DNA of 64,000 nucleotides from Deltaproteobacteria bacterium (GTDB lineage Bacteria; Desulfobacterota; Binatia; UBA1149; JAJCZL01): NCBI GenBank assembly GCA_029262415.1, contig JAJCZL010000068.1, positions 2,372 to 66,371 of the forward strand, read 5' to 3'. Shown piece by piece: positions 57,183 to 64,000 of this stretch (position 1 is its first letter; each line of letters starts with the position of its first letter). The notes under the pieces were generated by a model. It saw only the letters and a program-made list of their open reading frames with translations, ran no database searches and was not told where the DNA came from. The position numbers and the translations under genes were made by a program.

Positions 57183-57570
57183 AGAGAGCCGCGCGCCGCA
57201 AACCGCCGTGCCGCGCGAGCACCTCGAAATCGCTGTCGCAGTGTAGCACCGCGACGTCCTCGCGGATTGCCACCGCGGCGATCAGGCAGTCAATGAGTTT
57301 ACGAACGGTCTCGCCTTGCGCCCGGCATCGGCGGTGCAGTGCAGCGGCTTGGTCGTAGTCGCCTGGGCCGGTTGCAAGCACTGTTGCGCGGGCGAGCAAA
57401 CGCCTAAGGCTCATCAGGTGGCGGTCGTCGCGCGCCCCGGCCATGACCTCCATGCGGATCGGGTCGCAGACGGCGATTTCATCATCGAGCAGACGGTCGA
57501 CGCTGATGCATGCCGGTGAGCCGGTATCGCGCAGAAACTCGACCCATGCAGAGGTGTCAACGAGGGTCAC
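57166..57570 (-). CDS. vapC: VapC PIN-domain toxin
   Basis: LVDTSAWVEFLR, MEVMAGARD, IDCLIAAVA, LHCDSDF. Confidence 0.9.
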   Translation of the reverse strand: MTLVDTSAWVEFLRDTGSPACISVDRLLDDEIAVCDPIRMEVMAGARDDRHLMSLRRLLARATVLATGPGDYDQAAALHRRCRAQGETVRKLIDCLIAAVAIREDVAVLHCDSDFEVLARHGGLRRAALSIRGR

Positions 57571-57769
57571 TCGCCCGCCCGCTGCGCATTTGTTCCAGAT
57601 CTCCCTCCCAACCAGAGCCGCGCAGGCGCCTGGCCTCGTCGAGGTCCAGCGGTTCTGCGGCGAGCAGTTGTAGCGCGAGGTTCACGGCGTCGCGTTTGGT
57701 CGAAAGGCGGTAGCGACGCATAACCTCGGCGCAAGCCCGCTCGTCTATATCAATGTTCGTGCGCGCCAT
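57557..57769 (-). CDS. vapB: VapB antitoxin
   Basis: RTNIDIDE...TKRDAVNLAL...GSGWEGDLEQMR; overlaps vapC. Confidence 0.88.
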   Translation of the reverse strand: MARTNIDIDERACAEVMRRYRLSTKRDAVNLALQLLAAEPLDLDEARRLRGSGWEGDLEQMRSGRASDPR

Positions 57770-58043
57770 ACACCACCTATACACCAATACGTGGCCAGCC
57801 TACAACCCGTCAAATCAGGCGCTATTGGGCACTTTTGCTCGACGACAATTACTTTTGCCGGTTGGGGTGGGGAGGTATATTGCGGGTCGGCGCTGCGTGG
57901 GCGCGCATGGGTAGACGACGCGCAGGGATTTGAGTCGGTTATTTGTTGATGGTAATAACTGGCATAAATTTGGTATTTAGATAGATTATTACCACTATTC
58001 GCGCAAGCCCTGCGCCCCGGTACTAGAGGGAAAGTCCTAATAA

Positions 58044-59099
58044 GTGAGATCTCTCGCCCCAGATTTCCTTGAGAAGCTTAGATTCTCGGTGGAGCAAACA
58101 TCGTCGCTGACCGCGCTCGGGCAGGCCTTCGCTCAGCAGCAGCTCTTCGAGAAACAGAGCCCCGAGGCACTTAAGACGCTTCGCACCTCGGCGATCGTCG
58201 AATCGACTGAATCCTCAAACCGTATCGAAGGTGTGGTTGCACCCAAGCAACGATTCGCGGCGATCGTTGCCGGTAAGTCGGAGCCCCGCAACCGCTCCGA
58301 GCAAGAGATCCTTGGTTACCGTGGGGTTCTTGAAATGGTGCATTCGAACGCATCGGAAATCCCGATCACGGCGAACTCGATCCGGCAGCTACACAAAGAG
58401 GTTTACAGGTATCACCCGAATGACGGCGGGAACTGGAAACCAGTAGACAATGAAATCGTCGAAAAGAATACGGCCGGTGAGATCGTGCGCGTTCGCTTCA
58501 AACCGGTCGCAGCTGTGGCGACGCCGCAGGCGATGGCCGACATCGAGCGACTGTACCGCCAGGCCACGACCGACGGTTGCGAGCCGCTCGTGGTGGCACC
58601 GCTTCTGATTCTGGACTTCTTGTGCGTCCATCCTTTTGCTGACGGAAACGGCCGAGTCAGCCGCCTATTGACGCTGCTGGCTCTGTACCACGCCGGCTTC
58701 AGTGTTGGTCGCTACATAAGTCTGGAACGTCTGATTGAAAACACGCAGTCGGACTATTACCGCGTGCTCGAAGCGAGTTCTCAGCGGTGGCACGACGGCA
58801 AGCACGACCCCCACCCTTGGCTCGAGTATTTCTGGGCGATTCTCCTAGCTGCCTACCAGGAGTTCGCCGAGCGCGTCGGCAAAGAATCGAGCGGTCGTGG
58901 TAACAAGACGATGCGTATCCGGGCGGCGATTGAACGCCGAGTCGGCGCGTTCCGCATGAGCGATCTCGAGCGTGACTGTCCCGGGGTGAGCCGAGAGATG
59001 ATCCGGGTTGTTCTGAACGAACTGCGTGACCACGGGCGCGCGGAAGTCACAGGCCGTGGTCGCGGCGCCGAGTGGCACAAGCTGGAGCCGAAGGATTGA
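58044..59099 (+). CDS. Fic family protein
   Basis: SSNRIEG and HPFADGNGRVSRLL Fic motif, C-terminal wHTH. Confidence 0.92.
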   Translation: MRSLAPDFLEKLRFSVEQTSSLTALGQAFAQQQLFEKQSPEALKTLRTSAIVESTESSNRIEGVVAPKQRFAAIVAGKSEPRNRSEQEILGYRGVLEMVHSNASEIPITANSIRQLHKEVYRYHPNDGGNWKPVDNEIVEKNTAGEIVRVRFKPVAAVATPQAMADIERLYRQATTDGCEPLVVAPLLILDFLCVHPFADGNGRVSRLLTLLALYHAGFSVGRYISLERLIENTQSDYYRVLEASSQRWHDGKHDPHPWLEYFWAILLAAYQEFAERVGKESSGRGNKTMRIRAAIERRVGAFRMSDLERDCPGVSREMIRVVLNELRDHGRAEVTGRGRGAEWHKLEPKD

Positions 59100-59111
59100 T
59101 CGCTGCCGAGA

Positions 59112-59390
59112 TCACTCGTACCTGAGAAACGCCTCGTACCTCTCCTCAAGAAACTCAGCCTTGGGCCGCAACTCCGCACTCCGCGGCACGTGGATCGGCT
59201 GATCATGCACTCCCCTTGTCCCTTCTCTGGCGGCGCGGTAGTGCGGATCGACAACGGAATCTCTGCGAGCACCGCCGGTTTGAAGATGCCTTGTTGCGAG
59301 ACTAGCGGCACCCGCCGGCCTTCGAGTTGGAAGCCCTCGCTTAGAACCTTCCAAGGAAGTACGTCTCGGCGTAGGCCTATCCACTCCGTG
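59112..59390 (-). pseudogene. Internally deleted HNH endonuclease remnant
   Basis: N-terminal EW..L..DVLPWKVLSEGFQLEGRRVPLVSQQGIFKP...PLSIRTT joined out of frame to C-terminal HDQPIHVPRSAELRPKAEFLEERYEAF; catalytic middle absent. Confidence 0.6.
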
Positions 59391-59437
59391 TAATATTCTG
59401 CTTGCATTTGATTGCACTGCTTCGTACTCTCTTCATC

Positions 59438-59638
59438 ATGGCGTCGGTGACCTATCGAATTGACGACGATCTGAAGGCGGCACTGGAAGAGTTCTGCGAC
59501 AAGCACGGCCTTAAGCACCAGGCTGTGGTCGCCGAGGCACTGGCCTCATGGCTTGAGGACGCCGAAGAGATTGCCGCGATCGAGGATCGTCGCGAGGGCC
59601 CGTGGGTCGAGTGGTCCGATGTCCGCACCAAAGTATAG
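59438..59638 (+). CDS. Ribbon-helix-helix antitoxin (RelB-like)
   Basis: VTYRIDDDLKAALEEFC...WLEDAEE...VEWSDVR; overlaps the toxin start. Confidence 0.75.
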   Translation: MASVTYRIDDDLKAALEEFCDKHGLKHQAVVAEALASWLEDAEEIAAIEDRREGPWVEWSDVRTKV

Positions 59639-59903
59639 GCTCGTCGTTCATCGTGCGGCGGTCGGCGAAATCGAGTCGCTGTCGAAGAAGATCAAACCAA
59701 AGGTCATTGCAGCGATCGACGCGCTTGCCGAAGACCCGCGTCCGCCCGGCGCCGCCGCGTTGCGCGGACGCAAAAGCGCGTTTCGGCTTCGCGTAGGTGA
59801 ATACCGCGTTCTCTACGAGATACACGCCACCGAGATCGTGGTTTACGTTGTCGCCGTAGGACACAGACGCGATGTGTATGTGCGCACGGTGCGGCGGCGG
59901 TGA
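59619..59903 (+). CDS. RelE/ParE family toxin
   Basis: IDALAEDPRPPG..L.G...FRLRVGEYRVLYEI...VGHRRDVY. Confidence 0.92.
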   Translation: MSAPKYRLVVHRAAVGEIESLSKKIKPKVIAAIDALAEDPRPPGAAALRGRKSAFRLRVGEYRVLYEIHATEIVVYVVAVGHRRDVYVRTVRRR

Positions 59904-60019
59904 CATGACCGCACCCGGGTCGATGCTGCTTCGGCCCCCCAAAAAAAGACCGCTCGAATGCCCTGGTCAGGAAATAGAGATTGAGAGGCGATAGTAATAG
60001 CTAGATTCTAGCCAGAAAT

Positions 60020-60292
60020 ATGATGACCGCAGCGATTACCGACCTGAAGAACCGTTTGAGCTACTATCTGCGCCGCGTTGCACGCGGGGAGAGCATCACC
60101 GTGCGTGGCAACCCCGTCGCTCGGATCACGCCGGTCGGTTCGCACGGCGCGGAACTGGAAGGGCTGGCGGCAGCGGGGCTGGCGAGGCTTCCGGTCGAGC
60201 CCCTTCCCAAGGGTTTCTGGACTCGCTCGCTTCCAAAGCTAAACAAATCGCTGCGCGCATACCTTGCTGAGGACCGCGAGGATCGGTTCTGA
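60020..60292 (+). CDS. Orphan Phd/YefM antitoxin, possibly degenerate
   Basis: ITDLKNRLSYYLRRVARGESITVRGNPVARITP; no toxin downstream; GCTAGATTCTAGC palindrome at ~60000. Confidence 0.75.
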   Translation: MMTAAITDLKNRLSYYLRRVARGESITVRGNPVARITPVGSHGAELEGLAAAGLARLPVEPLPKGFWTRSLPKLNKSLRAYLAEDREDRF

Positions 60293-60398
60293 TCCGATTT
60301 TCTGCCCCGCGTAGGAGTCACGCCAACAGGTTCCCGTAGCGTACTGTTCCCGTATCGTGCGTTGATCTACACGCGTCCGGTTGCTAGGTTTTGCCGCC

Positions 60399-61064
60399 AT
60401 GGCTGCGTCCAAACGCAAGACTCAGCGCCCGTCGCGCGCATTGAAGTCGGTAGCCAAGAAAGACCCCGAACCGTTGTTGCAACTCCTCATTGTGTTGACC
60501 GGCTGCGACGCGCCGGTGTGGCGGCGCATTCTCGTTCCTGCGCGCTATAACTTCTGGGAACTCCACGTCGCGATCCAAGACGTTATGGGCTGGCTTGACT
60601 ATCATCTACACGAGTTCGTCGTGACTGACCCCGAGACGATGGGTGCCCTACGAATTGGGCTTCCCGACGATGAATTCTTAGATGCACCTCTTACCTTGCC
60701 GGGTTGGAAGATACCGATCGAAGGCTACTTTGGTACAGGGCAGAGCCTACCGTCACGATACACCTATGACTTCGGTGACAATTGGGAACACGTTGTGCAC
60801 CACGAGGATTTCCAAGTGGCCGAACCGGGCATCACCTACCCGGTGTGTTTGGCCGGCGAGAACGCGTGTCCGCCCGAAGACGTTGGGGGCACACACGGGT
60901 ATCGCGAGTTCCTAAAAGTGATCGCCGACCCGAGAGACCCCGAACACGAGCACTTTCGGCGATGGGCCGGTGGAGACTTTGATCCGCGCAGGTTTGACCC
61001 TGCGGCGGTGCGTTTTGACGACCCGGCCAAGCGCTTTAGGCTGGCGTTCGGCCGCGCGGGGTGA
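60399..61064 (+). CDS. Plasmid pRiA4b ORF-3 family protein
   Basis: PVWRRILVP, LHVAIQDVMGWLDYHLHEF, YTYDFGDNWEH, ACPPEDVGG. Confidence 0.92.
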   Translation: MAASKRKTQRPSRALKSVAKKDPEPLLQLLIVLTGCDAPVWRRILVPARYNFWELHVAIQDVMGWLDYHLHEFVVTDPETMGALRIGLPDDEFLDAPLTLPGWKIPIEGYFGTGQSLPSRYTYDFGDNWEHVVHHEDFQVAEPGITYPVCLAGENACPPEDVGGTHGYREFLKVIADPRDPEHEHFRRWAGGDFDPRRFDPAAVRFDDPAKRFRLAFGRAG

Positions 61065-61818
61065 TCGGCCGCGCCGCGCGTCTTCTGCTTCCACGCAGCG
61101 CACGCACGAGCGCACCGAGTCGCGGTGTCGGCTGTTGACGGGCCGCCTTGTCGAGCGCGGTGATCAGATTGCGTCTGAGTTCTTCGACTACGCCGAGAAC
61201 TTGTTCGGCCGTTTGCGCGGGTGAAAACCCGCACGCAGACACCTTCAACTCAGTGCTGATGACCGACACGAGAGTTGCCTCGGCGTTCATGCCCGCATCG
61301 ATCTCGTAACCGAGCGCGATGAGGTCGCCGAGGCCGAGTTCGGGGAAGCGTGAAAACAGCCAGTCGAGGTCATAGAGGTCTTTTTCCGAGCATTGGCTGA
61401 CCAACGTTGCCGCTTTCATCTTCAGCAATGTCTCGAGATCGGCAACGCTGACGCGATCGTTCGCCTCGATCGCGGTGCCGACGACGAACACTTGCGGGTC
61501 CAAGACGACTTGAGTTGCGAAAGAGTGACCGTCCAATCGAAAGTCGCCCGCATAGAGTTGCCGACTGCTCTGCGGTTCGGAGGCTTGCGCGCCGATCCGG
61601 GCGAGCGAGCGAACCGCCAGCACGGTTGCTCGAAACGCAGTGTCGTCACGGGCGAATAGGTCAAGGTCGTCCGACCTGCGGTGACCTGCGTAGTATCCGG
61701 CCAACGCGGTTCCCCCCACGAGCATGCAGCCGGACACGTCTTGGGCGAATACGTGCGTCAAGGCACGGTACAGAGGTGCGGGAAGGACCTTTTGCGCTAG
61801 TTCGCTACTTGGTTGCAT
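61036..61818 (-). CDS. AbiEii/AbiGii-type nucleotidyltransferase toxin
   Basis: LVGGTALAGYYAGHRRSDDLDLF, MK...L.....KDLYDL; ATG 61818 overlaps the upstream HTH gene. Confidence 0.85.
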   Translation of the reverse strand: MQPSSELAQKVLPAPLYRALTHVFAQDVSGCMLVGGTALAGYYAGHRRSDDLDLFARDDTAFRATVLAVRSLARIGAQASEPQSSRQLYAGDFRLDGHSFATQVVLDPQVFVVGTAIEANDRVSVADLETLLKMKAATLVSQCSEKDLYDLDWLFSRFPELGLGDLIALGYEIDAGMNAEATLVSVISTELKVSACGFSPAQTAEQVLGVVEELRRNLITALDKAARQQPTPRLGALVRALRGSRRRAARPITPRGRTPA

Positions 61819-62267
61819 TTCCACTGGACCAACGTCTGCAAATCTCCACGCCGCTTTGGAGCAGTGAAGCGGGAGTACTCGCCGAAGCGTTTCCACACCG
61901 AGGGCCCGAGTATTTTTGCGGCGGCGTACACCCCGTAAACCTCGACGAGTCGCCCAACCGCGCGCGGCTCCCAGCCGATCAGCGCGACCGCGAACTCGGT
62001 CAGGCCTTCGTAGAGGCGATCCCAGAGCAGGTGGGCCCTCAGCGCATCTTCGTTCTCGCCGAGGCACGGCAGCGGTTGCATCAGAGAGTCGAGCGAGACG
62101 TCGAGCGCGCGCCCGATCCCGGCCAGGTGAGAGCCGCGCACGCCGGCGGCTCCTTCGTGTCGAAACCATTTTGAGACCGCCTGGCGACTTAGACCGACGG
62201 CTCTGGCAAGGTCGCTCTGAGACCAACCCCGGGCTAGGAGATAGGCCTTAAGTGTCTGAAGTTCCAC
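61797..62267 (-). CDS. XRE-type HTH protein, putative cognate antitoxin
   Basis: GWSQSDLARAVGLSRQAVSKW HTH and C-terminal LLWD segment; coupled to the AbiEii gene. Confidence 0.75.
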   Translation of the reverse strand: MELQTLKAYLLARGWSQSDLARAVGLSRQAVSKWFRHEGAAGVRGSHLAGIGRALDVSLDSLMQPLPCLGENEDALRAHLLWDRLYEGLTEFAVALIGWEPRAVGRLVEVYGVYAAAKILGPSVWKRFGEYSRFTAPKRRGDLQTLVQWKCNQVAN

Positions 62268-62273
62268 GCTAAT

Positions 62274-62315
62274 AGGATAGGCGTGTGCCCGGCTGTTGTC
62301 AATCTAAGTTGACAA
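62274..62315 (-). promoter_or_regulatory. Sigma70-type promoter with palindromic operator for the HTH-AbiEii operon
   Basis: TTGTCAA-N6-TTGACAA at 62296-62315; minus strand TTGACA-17bp-TATCCT ends 7 bp before the GTG start. Confidence 0.65.
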
Positions 62316-62465
62316 TTACGTCAGTATTTGTACGCTGCTGTAACAACCCTAGTAACAGAATTCACTCACCTGCTCGATCTTGTAGCAGCCTACCGCCTGC
62401 CATAGAATGACAAAATATTAGGTTATAGCCTGGTATTATATAATGCTTTATCAGGGTATGGCCTT

Positions 62466-62927
62466 ATGACTAATCAGAAGAAAACCGTGGCACGAAAGCG
62501 TTTGGACGAACGGTTAGCTCCACTCAAGCCCGCTTCGCGCTTCCTGGCGCCGCCTAAGGGCTGGGTGCGGGCGATCCGCGACGCGCTTGGGATGTCGGCT
62601 GCGCAACTCGCCAAGCGCGTGGGCGTCCGGCCGCAAAGCGTGTCCGATATCGAGAGGTCCGAAGCCAACGGCACCGTTCAGCTAAACACCCTGCGCAGGT
62701 TTGCCGAAGCGCTCGACTGCACGGTGGTCTACGCGCTGGTGCCCAACTCATCGCTCGAGGGTTTGGTGCAAGACCGCGCACGCGAGATTGCCCGCAAGCT
62801 CCTCGCGCGCAGCGATCACAGCATGGATCTGGAAGCGCAGGGATTGTCACCGCAAGAGCGTGAAGCGCAGATCGACGCCTACGTGCGCGAGCATCTCAGG
62901 GTGCGCGATCTCTGGGAGAACTCGTGA
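62466..62927 (+). CDS. Mobile mystery protein A (XRE HTH)
   Basis: PPKGWVRAIRDALGMS, ERSE..G...L.TL...AEALDC..VYALVP, HSMDLEAQ, LWE. Confidence 0.9.
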   Translation: MTNQKKTVARKRLDERLAPLKPASRFLAPPKGWVRAIRDALGMSAAQLAKRVGVRPQSVSDIERSEANGTVQLNTLRRFAEALDCTVVYALVPNSSLEGLVQDRAREIARKLLARSDHSMDLEAQGLSPQEREAQIDAYVREHLRVRDLWENS

Positions 62928-63511
62928 GCGATCCACTCGACGGGCTTGCAGGCGGCACGCCGCTGGAGCCCGCGGAACGCGAGGGTCTGTTGCAGACGTG
63001 GATTACCTTTCGCGGCGAACTGAACGAGGCTGAGCAAACCAACATATCTGCCGGCCTCGCCTGGGTTCATCGCCAAGCGCGCAAAGACATCCTTAATGAA
63101 GGATTCATGAGAAACCTTCACAGGCGCCTCTTTGGCGATGTTTGGGCGTGGGCCGGCGAGTTTCGCAGCACGCCGCGCGATCTCGGCGTCGAACCCGCGC
63201 TGATTCGCTCAGAGATAAGGCTGACTTTCGACGATACGCGCTACTGGATCGAGAAGCAGACTTATCAACCCGACGAGATCGCCGTGCGCTTGCACCACCG
63301 CCTGGTGTTGATCCATCCGTTTGCGAACGGCAACGGTCGCACGACCCGACTTATTGCCGACCTGCTCGCAGAACGCCTGGGGCGTGAGCCTTTCACCTGG
63401 GGGCCACAGGGTCTCGACGATATCGGCGAGACCCGTGCGCGATATATCGCCGCGCTCAAAGCGGCCGACGATCATGATATCGAGCCGCTGCTCGAGTTCG
63501 CGCGGTCTTAG
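62924..63511 (+). CDS. Mobile mystery protein B (Fic domain)
   Basis: ELNEAEQTNI, FGDVWAWAGEFR, HHRLVLIHPFANGNGR, LLEFARS. Confidence 0.9.
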   Translation: MSDPLDGLAGGTPLEPAEREGLLQTWITFRGELNEAEQTNISAGLAWVHRQARKDILNEGFMRNLHRRLFGDVWAWAGEFRSTPRDLGVEPALIRSEIRLTFDDTRYWIEKQTYQPDEIAVRLHHRLVLIHPFANGNGRTTRLIADLLAERLGREPFTWGPQGLDDIGETRARYIAALKAADDHDIEPLLEFARS

Positions 63512-63550
63512 CCTTCTGCGCTCCGCGACCGCTTCACGAGGGCCGCGCTC

Positions 63551-64000
63551 TTAGCGCCCGAATGCAGCCACGCCGAACAACCACTTGTGCCCAAAAAGAA
63601 ACGCGAGATAGATCACCACGGCCGCAAGCGGGCGTACCACGCCGATCTCGCCGAGCTTGAGCGAGTTGCGTCCCGAGACAATCGCTGCGAACGGAACGAT
63701 CGATGTCTTCTGCGCAAACGGTTGCCAACGCGGCCCGAGCGCGCGGGCGCGCTTGGCATCGATTGAAGGCGGCCCAGCCACGCCGAGTACCGCAAAGGTG
63801 CCAAAGAAGATCAGCGACGCGACGTCGCCGTTCACGGCAATGTGAGTCAGCGCCCACAGCAGCGCGCCAAACAAGAACGGGTGGCGGGTGACGCGCACAA
63901 TTCCCTTGGCGATGTCGGGGTCGTCGACCAGCCCGGCCTGTCCGGCCGAGGTCGGGTTCTTAGCGGTCAGCCCTAAAACCGCCAGAACGAACGCAACGAG
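63551..64000 (-). CDS. NnrU family membrane protein (partial, start outside window)
   Basis: GIVRVTRHPFLFG..LWALTH..NGD, TSIVPFAAI, H.WLFGV. Confidence 0.88.
   Translation of the reverse strand, partial: LVAFVLAVLGLTAKNPTSAGQAGLVDDPDIAKGIVRVTRHPFLFGALLWALTHIAVNGDVASLIFFGTFAVLGVAGPPSIDAKRARALGPRWQPFAQKTSIVPFAAIVSGRNSLKLGEIGVVRPLAAVVIYLAFLFGHKWLFGVAAFGR

Noticed and set aside
61819..62226. 396-aa extended AbiEii ORF
   Set aside because: The Arg-rich extension is an alternative frame of the HTH gene; homologous sequence begins near ATG 61818

Overview
GC-rich bacterial chromosomal window. The Cys-containing dockerin-like C-termini and Thr-rich TTTTLP linkers suggest a Deltaproteobacteria-like lineage such as Candidatus Binatia (inference). 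Left half: DsbA-like oxidoreductase, a ~1800-aa secreted protein, ilvA, a mlaFEDAC lipid-asymmetry operon, an iron-uptake block with Fur-like boxes (TonB-dependent receptor, exbB-exbD-tonB, decayed Fe3+ binding-protein gene), small enzymes, rnhA, a DUF222-type HNH gene flanked by an 18-bp palindrome family, djlA, tRNA-Pro(CGG), three Cys-rich secreted proteins, a P450 pseudogene and a secreted-protein/MMPL-LolA-like pair. Right half: the def-fmt-rsmB-rpe housekeeping run interrupted by TA and IS debris, then a ~16-kb defence/TA island (HNH, MazG-like, DUF2075 nuclease-helicase, HIT-PLD-helicase-DUF3427 fusion, VapBC, Fic, RelBE, AbiEii, mobile mystery A/B). Top leads: (1) an edema-factor/ExoY-like nucleotidyl-cyclase motif set buried in the giant secreted protein; (2) the nucleotide-hydrolase plus dual nuclease-helicase candidate defence system; (3) the HNH gene with its dispersed perfect palindrome; (4) the MMPL-LolA-like fusion with its coupled secreted partner; (5) secreted proteins with mirror-symmetric cysteine spacing. 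All assignments come from motif recognition by eye; no database searches were run.
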